64,000 bases of DNA from an uncultured Gemmatimonadaceae bacterium (GCA_963751275.1 CAVVTZ010000002.1:32001-96000), one strand, 5' to 3'. Positions 20,341 through 30,623 are shown, counted from the first letter of the stretch. Notes: a model not told the origin generated them from the sequence alone. Made by a program: numbers and translations.

Positions 20341-22622
20341 ATGACACTCTCGCGATTCTTGCCCGTTGCGATGGTCGCGCTCGCCACGGCCGCGCATGCG
20401 CAGAACGAGGATTCCCTGCTCCAGGCCGCCGTCGCGAAGGATCCGTGGCCGCGCCACACCACCACAGCGGCGGGGATCGCCACGATCTACCAGCCGCAGG
20501 TGGACACGTGGAAGGGCGACAAGCTCACCTTCCACGCGGCCGTCGCCTTCGCCGCCACCGACTCCGGCACGCCGACGTTCGGCGTCGTCTTCGCGAGCGC
20601 GCGCACCGAGACGGACAAGGAGAACCGCACCGTCACGCTCGAGGACATGAAGCTCACCGGCGCGAAATATCCCTCCGGCCGGACAGCGTGCGGCCGTATC
20701 TCGCGGCGCTCCGCGCGAAGATGCCTACCACCGCGCGCGTCATCTCGCTGGACCAGCTGCAAATGTCGCTGCTCGTCGTCACCGACAAGAGCAAGATCAA
20801 GCAGGTGCCCGTGAAGAACGCGCCGCCCGCGATCTATTTCTCGCCGACGCCGGCGATCCTGGTGCTCATCAACGGGAACCCGGCGCCGCGCGCGGTGCCG
20901 GGCACGAGCGCGCAGCGGATCATCAACACCGGCGTGCTCCTCGCATCCACCGGCGGCGTGTATTACCTGAAGCTCTTCGATGGGTCGATGCAGGCGCCGC
21001 AGCTCTCCGGCCCGTGGACGGTGGCGTACACGCCGCCGCCGGTGCTCGACAGCGTGCTCAGCTGGGCGAAGTCGCAGCGCATCGACCTGCTCACGGGCAC
21101 GAGCCCCGATGCCGATGAACCGGCGCCGTCGATCGTCACCGCCACGCCGCCGCAGATCATCACGAGCACCACGCCCGCCGAGCTGATCGTGACCGATGGC
21201 CCGGCCGACTACGTGCCGGTGGGCACCACCGATCTGCTCTACGTGAGCAACACCAGCGCGCACGTCTTCGAGTACACCGACAACCAGCAGCTCTACGTGC
21301 TGATCTCGGGGCGGTGGTTCACCGCGCCCGCCACGATGGGCCCGTGGACCTTCGTGCCCGCCACGCAGCTCCCCAGGGATTTCTCGCAGATCCCGCTCGA
21401 CAGCCCGGTGGAGCCGGTGCTCGCGTCGGTGCCCGGCACGCCGCAGGCACAGGAAGCGCTCATCGAGAACAGCGTGCCGCAGACCGGCGCCGTGGCCCTC
21501 ACCGCGACGATGCCCGCGCCCGGGATCGATGGCGCGCCGCTCATGGGGCCCATTGCGGGCACGTCGCTGCAGTACGTCACCAACGCGTCGATCCCGATCA
21601 TCCGCGGTCCGTCGGGAACGTTCTTCGCCGTGTATGACGGGATCTGGTTCAAGTCGGCGCGGGCGACGGGGCCGTGGACCGTCGCCACGTCGGTGCCGGC
21701 CGCGATCTACACCATTCCGCCCAGCTCGCCGCTGTACTACGTGACGAACGTGCAGATCTACGGATCCACCGCCAGCGTGGTGTACGTTGGCTACACGCCC
21801 GGCTACTACGGCACGGTGGTCGCACCCGGCGGCGTGGTCGTGTACGGCACCGGCTATGTGTACCCAGCATGGGTGGGGTCCTACTATTACCCGCCACCTA
21901 TGACCTATGGGTTCGGCGCGAGCATCCGCTGGACGCCGTGGACGGGATGGAGCGTGGGCTTTGGATTCGGGTACGCCTACGGCGGCGTCGCGGTGGGCAT
22001 GACGTTCGGCGGCGCCATGTGGGGCGTGCATCCGTATTACGGCCCCGCCTACTACGGCGGCTACTACGGCGCGCACGGCTACGTCGCCTCCGGCTACGGC
22101 GGCTGGGCGGGCACCACCGGCAACATGTACCACCAGTATGGCGCGACGAGCGCGGTGACGCGGCAGTCGGGCGGCTACAACGCGTATACCGGCAACGGGT
22201 GGTCGCACAGCATGGGCGCGTCGTACAATTCCGCCACCGGCGTGGCCGCCGCGGGGCAGCGCACCACCGTGAGCAACGCGTACACGGGCGGCTACCGCAG
22301 TTACGCGAGCGGCACGGTCTACAATCCGAACACGGGGAACGCGACGCACGTCGAGGGCGTCTCGTCGAATTACGGCAGCGCCGTGAAGGTCGGCAACAAT
22401 GTATACGGCGATGCGAGCGGCAACGTGTTCCGCGACAACGGCGATGGCAGCTGGTCGCAGTGGGGCGGCAGCGGCGGCGGACACGGCGGCTGGGGCGGAT
22501 GGGGTGGATCGAGCGGCATGAACAGTCAGGCTTGGTCGCGTGACGCCGGCGCCTCTCGCTTCTCGAGCTTCGGCGGAGGCGGATGGAGCCGCGGCGGCGG
22601 CGGTTTCGGGGGGAGACGCTGA
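20341..22622 (+). CDS. Large exported hypothetical protein with Gly/Tyr/Trp-rich C-terminus (paralogue 2); frameshift near 20680
   Basis: Colinear with 17441..19702 along its whole length; N-terminus in ORF 20260..20814 and the remainder in ORF 20445..22622. Confidence 0.8.
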
Positions 22623-22672
22623 CGACTCGATCTCGGCTGTCGGCTGTCGGCTGTCGCCAACGGACCGGGCCA

Positions 22673-25189
22673 ATGCATCACGGGAAGACCAGCACACGCG
22701 TCGCGCTCATCGCCGCAGTGATCTGCTTCAGTGCGCGCAGCGTGGGGGCGCAGGATTCCGTGTCCACCGCGGCCGGCGCGGAGTATCGGATCTCGGGGCC
22801 GCTCGGATGGCTCGATCGCTGGCTCTTCGGGTCGCGCTATCGCGCCCTCTGGACGGACACGGTGCGCGTACAAGTGTTGCACATGCCCACGTCGTTCGGC
22901 GGTCTCGCGCCGGTGAGCGCCGACACAGGGCTTCGCAGCGGCGTGCTGCACCTGCGCGCACCGCGGGATCTGGCCTACACCTTCCGTCTCTCGAACCCGC
23001 CGGTCAGCTCGGCGCTGCCCGATGAGCTCCGGCTCGGCGTCGTCACCGGTCCCGTGCAGGATCTCGTGAGCGCGCTGCATCCGGGGGCGCCGCTGGTCGT
23101 ACCGCTGCTCGCGCGCACCGCCGGAGTCGGCGACCGGCCGGCCGATCTGCGCTTCCTGGCGACTGACTCCGCGCTCGGCGCGCTCACCTCGACCTTCGGC
23201 GACCGGCTCGGGTTCCTCGCGCCCGCACCGGAGCCGGCGCACGCGGTCACGACGCGCGATCTCATCGCCGAGCGGCGGAACGGCGGCGCGCCGGCGATCG
23301 ATGCGCGCGCCTACCTGCGCGAGCGTCTGTTCGATGTGTACGTCGGTGAGACCGAACTCTTCCCCACCGAGGCGCGCTGGCGCCAGCGCGGCGATCCGGA
23401 GCGATGGACTCCCGAGGCGCGCGATCGCGACGCCGCGTTCGCGAACTTCGATGGCCTCATGGCGGCGCTCGCGCGCATTGCGGTGCCGCCCTTCATGAAG
23501 TTCGGAGCGACATACGACGAGTCGCTCGGCGAGACGGCGTACCTGCTCGCCGTGGATCGCACCTTCCTTGCGCCGCTCGACTCCGCCGCGTGGGACAGCG
23601 CCGCGCGCGCGATGCAGGCGGCGATCACGGATTCCGCGATCGACGCCGCCGTCGCCGCGATGCCGCCGGCCTGGCGCGCGGCCGACGCCGCCCCGCTCGC
23701 CGCCACCCTGCGCGCGCGCCGCGACCGATTGCCGGCGGCGGCGCGCGTTTTCTATGGCATGGTGTCCAAGCAGATCGACCTCTATGCCCCGAACGCCGCC
23801 ACGACGGTGCTCGCCTGGCGCGACGCGACCGGCGAGCTGCGCGTCCGGATCGCGGATGTCGACCGCGTGTTCACGGCGAGCCAGACGGCCGAGGTGCGGA
23901 TCTTCCTCGAGGGGCGCGAGCAGACCGTGCTCGTGCGCGGCGCGGCGTACGGCGGTCCGAACCTCCGCGTCGTCACCGGAACGGGCCACGCCACGATCAT
24001 CGATTCGAGCACGGCCGTCGCGCGCACGCTCTTCGTCAACGACAGCGCGGGGAATGCCACCATCGACTACGCCGCCGCGGGCGCACCGCCGAGGGCGACG
24101 CGGAACCCGGTGGCGCCGCCGGATGTGACGCCGCAGGGCACCGGCTCGGCCACGCGTCCGGCCGACGGGGTGCGCTATGGCCCCGTCATCTGGTTCGATC
24201 TCTTCGGCAATCTGGGCGTGCTGCTCGGCGGCGGCGTCGAACGCATCCGCTATGAGCGCGGCTTCGTGCCCTGGAGCTCCCGGCAACGGCTGCGCGCGGC
24301 GTACGCGACCGAGCCGAATGAATACGCCGTGGAGTACGACGGCACGTTCCGCTTCGAGCATGCGCAGTCGGATCTCAATCTCGCGCTCGGCCGGTCGGGG
24401 ATCGGGATCCTTCGGTTCTACGGATACGGCAACGAGACCGTGCGCGACCAATCGGATGCGTTCTACTCGGCGAAGCAGGTGGCGTATACGGTCGCGCCAT
24501 CGGTCCAGTTGCCCACGGCATCGCGCGACACGATCAGCGTGGGCCTCGTGTACAAGGATGTGAACACCAACACCGATGGACAGCGATACATCACCATCAC
24601 GAAACCGCTGGGCTATCCGGAATTCCGCGAAGCCGGTGCGCGGATCATGGTGCGCCACGACAGCCGCGACTCACCGGTCGCCGCGCAGCGCGGCTGGCTG
24701 CTCATCGGCGGCGCTGATTATTTCCCGACCACGCTGGATGTGCGCCGTCCATTCGGCGGCGTGAACGCCGCCGCCTCGACGTACTGGACGCCGGGCCCGG
24801 GCGAGGATCTGACGATCGCCGTGCGCGTCGCCGGCCAGAAGATCTGGGGACCGTTCCCCGTGTTCGAAGCCGCCTACATTGGCGGCGCCACCACCGTGCG
24901 CGGCCTGCCGCCGCAGCGATACGCCGGCAGCGCGAGCCTGTACAGCAATCTCGAAGCGCGCTTGAAGGTGGCCCCGCTCGCGTTCGTGGTGCGATGGGAT
25001 TTCGGCGTGAGCGCGATCATGGACGCGGGGCGCGTGTTCGTGAACGGCGTGGAGTCGAACGAGTGGCACGCGGGGCTGGGCGGCGGGATATGGGCGATGC
25101 TGCCGGACCGGTCGGCTATGATCTATTTGACCGCGGTGCACAACGGCACGACGTGGGGGATCGACGCGGGGACGAAGTTCATCTACTGA
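22673..25189 (+). CDS. BamA/TamA (Omp85) family outer-membrane protein with a large N-terminal domain
   Basis: Signal peptide; C-terminal barrel with HDSRD, GGATTVRG..PQRYAG, DAGRV and a terminal aromatic residue (GTKFIY). Confidence 0.82.
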   Translation: MHHGKTSTRVALIAAVICFSARSVGAQDSVSTAAGAEYRISGPLGWLDRWLFGSRYRALWTDTVRVQVLHMPTSFGGLAPVSADTGLRSGVLHLRAPRDLAYTFRLSNPPVSSALPDELRLGVVTGPVQDLVSALHPGAPLVVPLLARTAGVGDRPADLRFLATDSALGALTSTFGDRLGFLAPAPEPAHAVTTRDLIAERRNGGAPAIDARAYLRERLFDVYVGETELFPTEARWRQRGDPERWTPEARDRDAAFANFDGLMAALARIAVPPFMKFGATYDESLGETAYLLAVDRTFLAPLDSAAWDSAARAMQAAITDSAIDAAVAAMPPAWRAADAAPLAATLRARRDRLPAAARVFYGMVSKQIDLYAPNAATTVLAWRDATGELRVRIADVDRVFTASQTAEVRIFLEGREQTVLVRGAAYGGPNLRVVTGTGHATIIDSSTAVARTLFVNDSAGNATIDYAAAGAPPRATRNPVAPPDVTPQGTGSATRPADGVRYGPVIWFDLFGNLGVLLGGGVERIRYERGFVPWSSRQRLRAAYATEPNEYAVEYDGTFRFEHAQSDLNLALGRSGIGILRFYGYGNETVRDQSDAFYSAKQVAYTVAPSVQLPTASRDTISVGLVYKDVNTNTDGQRYITITKPLGYPEFREAGARIMVRHDSRDSPVAAQRGWLLIGGADYFPTTLDVRRPFGGVNAAASTYWTPGPGEDLTIAVRVAGQKIWGPFPVFEAAYIGGATTVRGLPPQRYAGSASLYSNLEARLKVAPLAFVVRWDFGVSAIMDAGRVFVNGVESNEWHAGLGGGIWAMLPDRSAMIYLTAVHNGTTWGIDAGTKFIY

Positions 25190-25198
25190 ACGGCGGGA

Positions 25199-25370
25199 GT
25201 CGAACCCCGAACCACGTACTTGGTACCCCGAACGCCGTGAGGCGTGAGGCGTGCGATGAACTGATTGAACGGCGTGAGGCGCGACCCGAACGCCGTGAGG
25301 CGTGAGGCGTGCGATGAACTGATTGAACGGCGTGAGGCGCGACCCGAACGCCGTGCGGCGTGAGGCGAAC
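25199..25370. repeat. Left arm of the inverted-repeat element enclosing the four-helix-bundle gene
   Basis: Family-C-like end (CCCCGAACCACGTACTTGGTACCCCGAAC), then 58-bp tandem units (CCCGAA at 25227, 25285, 25343) rich in GCGTGAG heptamers. Confidence 0.85.
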
Positions 25371-25409
25371 GGACTGGACGGCGGGAGGGCGTGATCCAAC
25401 CCGGTGAGG

Positions 25410-25840
25410 CGGGAGGCGGCGAAGGACTCGGCGTGAGCGCTCTCGAGCCGTGAGGCGGAGGAGGATGTGTGAGATCGCGGAGTGGAGAGCGATCCGTCCG
25501 TTGGCGATACCGGGGCCGAGCGGCTCGCGAGGCGCGGTAGATACGCATTCGCGAGATTCGCGCGCTGAGCCGAGGGCAATACTCGTGGAACTCGACTTCT
25601 ATCGCGCCGGCTCAGCCGGCTGTAGCCCGGTCGGCGATGTTCACGCACGATCGAGCCGGTCGAGCGCCTCAGCTGATCGGAGACGTCCAGGAACGCTCGG
25701 TGACCTTGCCGAGTCGTTTCCGAATCGCGCGACCGAAGCGATTCCGCCGCGTACAGCGCCGCACGATAGACTCGCAGGCTCCACAGCGCATCTTCGCGCA
25801 TTGCCGGCGGCACCGACGCCTCCCACTCGTCGTATCTCAC
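25410..25840 (-). CDS. Four-helix-bundle protein (TIGR02436, 23S-IVS/bAvd-like); several frameshifts, 3' end ill-defined
   Basis: Frames join to MRYDEWEASVP..DALWSLRVYRAALY...SDQLRRSTGSI/xNIAxGYSR.S..DR.RF.EY/ALGSARE...IALHSAISHILLRL, which matches the family pattern QLxRxxxSIxxNIAEGxxR...A.GSxxE. Confidence 0.75.
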
Positions 25841-25935
25841 TCCGCGCCTCCGCATCCTCTTGAAGCGCAACGATCGCCCGGGCGCAGCGGAACCGCATCA
25901 TCGCTTCATTCGGCTACGAAGCCAGGTGTGAGCCC

Positions 25936-26139
25936 CCGCCTCACGGTGTCGGGTCGCGCCTCACGCCGTTCAATCAGTTCGTCGCACGCCTCACGCCTCA
26001 CGGTGTCCGGGTCTCGCCTCCCGCCGTTCAGTCAGTTCGTCGCACGCCCCGCCTCACGGTGTTCGGGTCTCGCCTCCCGCCGTTCGTTCAGTTCGTCGCA
26101 CGCCTCACGCCTCACGGCGTCCGGGTCTCGCCTCACGCC
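25936..26139. repeat. Right arm of the inverted-repeat element enclosing the four-helix-bundle gene
   Basis: About three degenerate units of GCCTCACGG.GT.CGGGTC.CGCCTC.CGCCGTTCA.TCAGTTCGTCGCACGCC, the reverse complement of the left-arm unit. Confidence 0.85.
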
Positions 26140-26143
26140 TGTG

Positions 26144-26176
26144 AAAGTGGCCCGAGGATGACTCTCCCCGGGCCAC
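26144..26176 (-). terminator. Possible intrinsic terminator for the 26210..26818 gene
   Basis: GTGGCCCG...CGGGCCAC stem followed by TTT on the minus strand. Confidence 0.5.
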
Positions 26177-26209
26177 TCGAACAGCGCCCACCCGCCAGCG
26201 ACTACGACC

Positions 26210-26818
26210 CTAGCGCGTGACCTTCACCGCCAGTGCTTCCGTCGCGCGCAGGACGATCTGATCGCCCACCTTCACTTTCGAGAACGCAGCAACCGAAGGA
26301 TCGACGTGGAACGTCATCATGTTCCCCTGCGACGTCTTCACCGTGAGGATGCGGTCCTTCTCATCCACGGCCGTGACGTTCGCTTCGATCTCCTTCACCG
26401 TGACATTGGTCACCGCCGGCAGCCCCTTGGGCGCGATCGTCACCGTGTTCCCGTGCGCCGTCACCGGCGGATCCGTCGCCTCGCGCAGGAAGATCGCGAT
26501 CGATTCAACGTAGGTCACGGTCACGCTGTCGCCGCTCTTCACCTGCGACAGGTCCACGCCGTCCTTCTTGGCGGTGAACGCGTGCATCGTCCCGTTCGGC
26601 CCCCGCAACACGACGTGGCGCGACTGCTGGTTCACCGCGAGCACGATGCCCTTCCATTCCTGCACGTCGCCCATGAGCGCGCCGGCGATCGGCTGCTTCG
26701 TTGCGGGCGCGGCGGCCGCAGCGGGCGCCGGCGGGGCCGCGGGCTTCTGCGCACTCGCCGTGACCGCGATGGCCGACGCGATGGCGGCGAGACTCAGTAC
26801 ACTCATGCGATGGTTCAT
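26210..26818 (-). CDS. Exported hypothetical protein with two small beta-rich (OB-like) repeats; paralogue of 42317..42862
   Basis: Signal peptide, Pro/Ala linker, repeats ending VKSGDSVTVTYVES and VKVGDQIVLRATE. Confidence 0.8.
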   Translation of the reverse strand: MNHRMSVLSLAAIASAIAVTASAQKPAAPPAPAAAAAPATKQPIAGALMGDVQEWKGIVLAVNQQSRHVVLRGPNGTMHAFTAKKDGVDLSQVKSGDSVTVTYVESIAIFLREATDPPVTAHGNTVTIAPKGLPAVTNVTVKEIEANVTAVDEKDRILTVKTSQGNMMTFHVDPSVAAFSKVKVGDQIVLRATEALAVKVTR

Positions 26819-26936
26819 TCGATCCTCCATAACCGGTTCATTGGCGCGGCCGGACGTTCTCCGCGCTGGGCAGAATCTCCACCCGGCGCAGAGGGGTCGC
26901 AAGAGGGGAAAGAAGCGGCCTACTATAGTAAGGTCC

Positions 26937-27094
26937 GTCGAACCCCAACCGCGTTATCGGTCCCCCGAACGCCGTGAATCACGAGTAGTTCGTCGTATCA
27001 CGCACCACTCGTGACTCACGGCGTTCGGGGGACCAATGACGCGCTTCGAGGTTCGACGAACGGAGTTCGGGGTTCCATTACCGGATTTCGGGGT
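26937..27094. repeat. Family C palindromic element (variant)
   Basis: GGTCCCCCGAACGCCGTGAATCACGAGT...ACTCGTGACTCACGGCGTTCGGGGGACC. Confidence 0.85.
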
Positions 27095-27165
27095 TGCGCA
27101 GTCCATAAATGCGCGACGTGGCCGGCTTGCGCCGGCCACGTGTCTCGAGATCCGCTCCGCTCAGC

Positions 27166-27498
27166 TCACATCACTTCGAGCTGTCCCTCGTATCCCCCGG
27201 GTGTGTCCATCCCCAGTGTGTCGCCGGCGTAGTCAATGTACACGCGCGCCAGTCGCAGCTGGTTGTACACGGTGCCGACCCCCGGGCAGTGCTCGGCCAC
27301 CGTTTGCGCGAGCCGCGCATCTTCCAGGCTGTTCACCACGCCCAGCAGCGTGGCCTCGCCGTTCGCGACGTACACATCCACGTCGCGCGAATCGAGATCG
27401 GCGCAGGCGCGCAGCGCGTCCGTCAGATGCTCGCGAATGAGCGCGTCATTCTGCGGACTCATGTCTGCGTCGAATGGGTAGCGGGCGATGGTGATCAT
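27166..27498 (-). CDS. BON domain protein
   Basis: DALIREHLTDAL...LDSRDVDVYVANGEATLLGVV...A..VA...PGV.TVYNQL matches a BON domain. Confidence 0.85.
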   Translation of the reverse strand: MITIARYPFDADMSPQNDALIREHLTDALRACADLDSRDVDVYVANGEATLLGVVNSLEDARLAQTVAEHCPGVGTVYNQLRLARVYIDYAGDTLGMDTPGGYEGQLEVM

Positions 27499-27809
27499 CG
27501 GTCGTTCCTCGATCCAGCGGCCCGCTTCGCGCCGTCGCGCATGCCGCCGCTCCGGCCACGGGGCCGTTCGATCTCGCCATCCGCCGCGTACGCGTCGCCG
27601 CTCTCGTCCGGGCTCCCGCTCGAGGCGGAAGCGGGCTCATGCCGGCCGTCGGACGGTTCCTTGATCTGCGGCCCGTCCGGCTCGGCGCCACCTTCATCTT
27701 CCCATGTCTGGATCTCCTCGCGCCCCTCTGCCTTCCGTGTACTCCGCTCCGTGTGACGCAGCGGGACGTGCGACGGCTTGTCGGTGATCTTGGCCTTCTG
27801 CTTCGCCAT
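27495..27809 (-). CDS. Hypothetical hydrophilic protein
   Basis: GGAGG RBS; stop overlaps the BON gene start; contains a WEDEGG motif. Confidence 0.6.
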   Translation of the reverse strand: MAKQKAKITDKPSHVPLRHTERSTRKAEGREEIQTWEDEGGAEPDGPQIKEPSDGRHEPASASSGSPDESGDAYAADGEIERPRGRSGGMRDGAKRAAGSRNDR

Positions 27810-27860
27810 GGCACTATCCTCCAATGAGAATGAAAGAAGGGAATTGCTGGGATTCCCGGG

Positions 27861-28634
27861 TCAGCTGCCGCTCGCCGGGGCGAGCGGCGTGATCGCATCC
27901 TCGAACACGACCGTCTCCACCGGCGCGCCCTTGCCGCCGACGATCACGATCGTGTAGGCCTTGCCGGCCTCGAGGTGCAGCGGCTTGAGGATCATCGGCT
28001 TCACGCTCTTCGCGTTCTGCCGCACGTCGAGCGTGATGGTCGAAGGGGCGAGGTCCTTGTAGCCGGCCTCGTCGGTGAAATCGACGCCCTTGAACAGCGC
28101 CGTCTTCTCGCCGAGGATGGCGAAGTCGGCGTTCTTCACGGTGGGCGATGCGTTGATCACGCGCAGCCGGGCCTTGCCCGAATCCGGTTCCACGTCGTCC
28201 CGCACGACCTTGAGCTGCGTGCCCCCCTTGCCGTCGGGCAGCACGAGCGCGGTGTAGCGGATGCCATCGGCCATCATCTCGTGGTCGTCGGCGAGCACGT
28301 TGTTCTGGTCGGCGGTGAGCACGCGCAGCGCGATGAGATTGTCCTTCACCTCCGCGTACGGCGTGACCTGCTTGTACAGCACATCGCTGAACAGTGTGCG
28401 GTCGTCGCCGGTCAGCACGACGTGGTGATCGGACGGCAGCGCATTGACGACGCGCACCATCGACTTGCCGGCGCGCGCGGCGTCGGTGCCGGCCGGCGAG
28501 ACGGAGGCGCCGCCGTTCGCGGTGCTGACCACGGGCTGCGCGGTCTTTGCCTCACGGCACGCGGCGGCGGCCACGACGAACAGGGCGAGCGCCAGCATCC
28601 GGGTGGAATCGATCGTGTTCCGCATGGCGCTCAC
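27861..28634 (-). CDS. DUF4397-like lipoprotein
   Basis: Lipobox-like AAAC; VRVVNALP, ARLRVINASP and LEAGKAYTIVIVG. Confidence 0.85.
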   Translation of the reverse strand: MSAMRNTIDSTRMLALALFVVAAAACREAKTAQPVVSTANGGASVSPAGTDAARAGKSMVRVVNALPSDHHVVLTGDDRTLFSDVLYKQVTPYAEVKDNLIALRVLTADQNNVLADDHEMMADGIRYTALVLPDGKGGTQLKVVRDDVEPDSGKARLRVINASPTVKNADFAILGEKTALFKGVDFTDEAGYKDLAPSTITLDVRQNAKSVKPMILKPLHLEAGKAYTIVIVGGKGAPVETVVFEDAITPLAPASGS

Positions 28635-28840
28635 ATCGTCTTGACGTTGGAGCGCTCGAACTCCGCGACCTGGCGCTCGATCTCGTCGCGGCCCTCGCCG
28701 TACTTCCGCTGGAGGACGCCCACGAGCTGATCGCGTTTTCCGGCAATGCGCTCGAGGTCGTCGTCAGTGAGCTTGCCCCATTTCTCGCGCACCTTGCCCT
28801 GCATCTCCTTCCATGAGCCTTCGATCTGATTCCAATTCAT
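28631..28840 (-). CDS. csbD: CsbD family general stress protein
   Basis: MNWNQIEGSWKEMQGKVREKWGKLTDDDLERIAGKRDQLVGVLQRKYG; GGAGG RBS. Confidence 0.95.
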   Translation of the reverse strand: MNWNQIEGSWKEMQGKVREKWGKLTDDDLERIAGKRDQLVGVLQRKYGEGRDEIERQVAEFERSNVKTM

Positions 28841-28868
28841 ACACGCCTCCATTTGTTTTCGGCGAAGA

Positions 28869-28979
28869 GAAACACAAAAGGCGCGCCTGAGCGCCGCGTG
28901 TGCGGCGTTCTAGCGCGCCTTCGACTGGCAGCCCCACTTCGCTGCCCGGCAAGGCGACCCGGCCACCGACCCCCGGGCC
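28869..28979 (-). ncRNA. Candidate cis-regulatory leader RNA, copy 1 (upstream of csbD)
   Basis: RNA sense: GGCCCGG..CCGGGUC-G-CCUUGCCG-GGCAGC/GCUGCC-AGUCGAAGGCGCG...CGCGCC-UUUUGUGUUUC. Confidence 0.8.
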
Positions 28980-29002
28980 TCGGTCCTTCCTGAACTTCCT
29001 TC

Positions 29003-29029
29003 CTACCCTACGCCACACCCCACGGTTCC
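29003..29029 (-). promoter_or_regulatory. Putative alternative-sigma promoter GGAAC-N17-GGTAG
   Basis: Immediately upstream of leader copy 1; the same pattern precedes copies 3, 5 and 6. Confidence 0.45.
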
Positions 29030-29036
29030 GTTGCCG

Positions 29037-30140
29037 TCACGAGTCCAGCAAGACCGCCACCGGCTTGAGCCGGTCCACCTGGTCGCAGATCACCTTGATC
29101 ATCACGGTGAGGGGCACCGCGAGGATCGCCCCCGCCACCCCCCACATCCACGCCCAGAAGATCAGACTAACGAATACCGCCACTTTGTTGAGCGGCAACC
29201 CGCGGCCGAGTACCAGCGGCGTAACGATGTTCCCGGTGAAGGTATGGATCGTGAAATAGACCGCGCTCACGATCAAAGTCTTCTCGATCCCATCGAACGT
29301 GATCAGGCACGCGCCGCCGATCAGCACCATGCTAATGAACGCGCCCACGTACGGGATGAAATTCAGCACCGCCGCCACCGCGCCCCAGAGCGCGCCGTTC
29401 GGCAGGCCGGCGATGGCGAGCAGTCCCCACGTCGTGAAGCCAAGACCGAGACTGATCACGGTGGTCAGCCCCAGATAGCGCGCGGTCTGATGCTCCGTCT
29501 CCGCCACGGCGTGCATGATCCGCTCCTGGTCCGCCCGCTCGGCGAGGATCATCGCCACCTTGCGCTTGAAGAGCTGATCGGTGGAGGCGAGGAAGTAGGT
29601 GAGGAAGAGCACCGTGAAGAATCCGGCCAGCGCGTTCATCGTGCCGCTCGTGAAGCGGGACATCAACGCGGGATCCTGCACCGCCACCTTCATCGTCGAT
29701 CCGGTCGTCGAGCTCGCCGCGCTCGACATCTGCTCGGCGGTCTGCTGAATGGTGGTGATCGGCCGCACGAGCTTCCGGATCTTCTTCTGCAGTTCCGGCA
29801 CCGTCTCGGGCGCGCGGCTCAGCCACTCCGACGCGGGGCGCGCGAGCAAGACGCCGGCGGCGCCAAGCAGCGCGGCGCTCCCGAACACGAGCACGGCCGC
29901 GCCGACCACGACCGGCACGCCGAGCCGGCGCAGCCAGCGCACTCCGGGTCCGAAGAGCAGACTCAGGAGCACCGAGATGGCGATCGGCACGAGCAGCGCG
30001 GAGGCCCATTTGAGGATCGCGAGCGAGACGAGTACGAGCAGCGCGATCTGCGGTGAATTGCGGCGGAAGGTCTTCACGACTGGCGCGCTCACGCGATGGA
30101 CGCTCTCCCGCACCTCGAGCACGAGCGGGGCGGCGCTCAT
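29037..30140 (-). CDS. AI-2E family transporter
   Basis: LLVPIAISVLLSLLFGP, LNFIPYVG, GNIVTPLVLG and WGVAGAILAVPL. Confidence 0.92.
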   Translation of the reverse strand: MSAAPLVLEVRESVHRVSAPVVKTFRRNSPQIALLVLVSLAILKWASALLVPIAISVLLSLLFGPGVRWLRRLGVPVVVGAAVLVFGSAALLGAAGVLLARPASEWLSRAPETVPELQKKIRKLVRPITTIQQTAEQMSSAASSTTGSTMKVAVQDPALMSRFTSGTMNALAGFFTVLFLTYFLASTDQLFKRKVAMILAERADQERIMHAVAETEHQTARYLGLTTVISLGLGFTTWGLLAIAGLPNGALWGAVAAVLNFIPYVGAFISMVLIGGACLITFDGIEKTLIVSAVYFTIHTFTGNIVTPLVLGRGLPLNKVAVFVSLIFWAWMWGVAGAILAVPLTVMIKVICDQVDRLKPVAVLLDS

Positions 30141-30400
30141 GCCGCGGCCCGGTCCTGCGGCACGCGCGCGCTGCGCGACGTGCGCATCCGGCGGAGCACT
30201 TCTCGCGCGCGGCGCACATGGCGCCTCCGCTCGATGAGCACATCCACGGCGAGCGCGAGCACGAGTCCGATGCCCACGAGCGCCATGACGCCGTAGAGCA
30301 TCGCGCGCCCGCTGCCCACCGGCGCCGTGTTGATCCGCGAGATCCCGAGCGCCGCCGCGGCGGCGCCTTGCAGGATGAGTACGACGGCTGAGAATCGCAT
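30137..30400 (-). CDS. Small hypothetical membrane protein
   Basis: GAGGT RBS, two hydrophobic segments, stop overlaps the AI-2E start. Confidence 0.6.
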   Translation of the reverse strand: MRFSAVVLILQGAAAAALGISRINTAPVGSGRAMLYGVMALVGIGLVLALAVDVLIERRRHVRRAREVLRRMRTSRSARVPQDRAAA

Positions 30401-30405
30401 GGCGA

Positions 30406-30597
30406 TCACCTCGCGCGTTCAGTGGCGGACTTGTTCACCCAGAGGGGAAGGCCGGCCGGCAGCGCGCGCGCCGCGGCGATGAGCAGGCGCCGCACTTCCG
30501 ACGCCGGGTTCTTCGCTTCGCGCCGGCGCTCGAAGGCCTGCTGGGACATTGATTCGGTTGCCGATCCACCGCATTCGGACTGCTGCTCTTGGTTCAT
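30406..30597 (-). CDS. Small hypothetical protein
   Basis: GAGGAG RBS before MNQEQQSECGG; lies directly downstream of leader copy 2. Confidence 0.5.
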   Translation of the reverse strand: MNQEQQSECGGSATESMSQQAFERRREAKNPASEVRRLLIAAARALPAGLPLWVNKSATERAR

Positions 30598-30623
30598 GGC
30601 TCGCTCCTCGCGTGCGGGTGCCG

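Noticed and set aside
25410..25840. Diversity-generating retroelement or 23S rRNA intervening sequence
   Set aside because: No reverse transcriptase, no TR/VR pair differing at adenines, and no rRNA sequence around the gene.
26921..26930. TACTATAGTA palindrome as an operator
   Set aside because: Only 10 bp, single occurrence, and it may simply be a -10 region.
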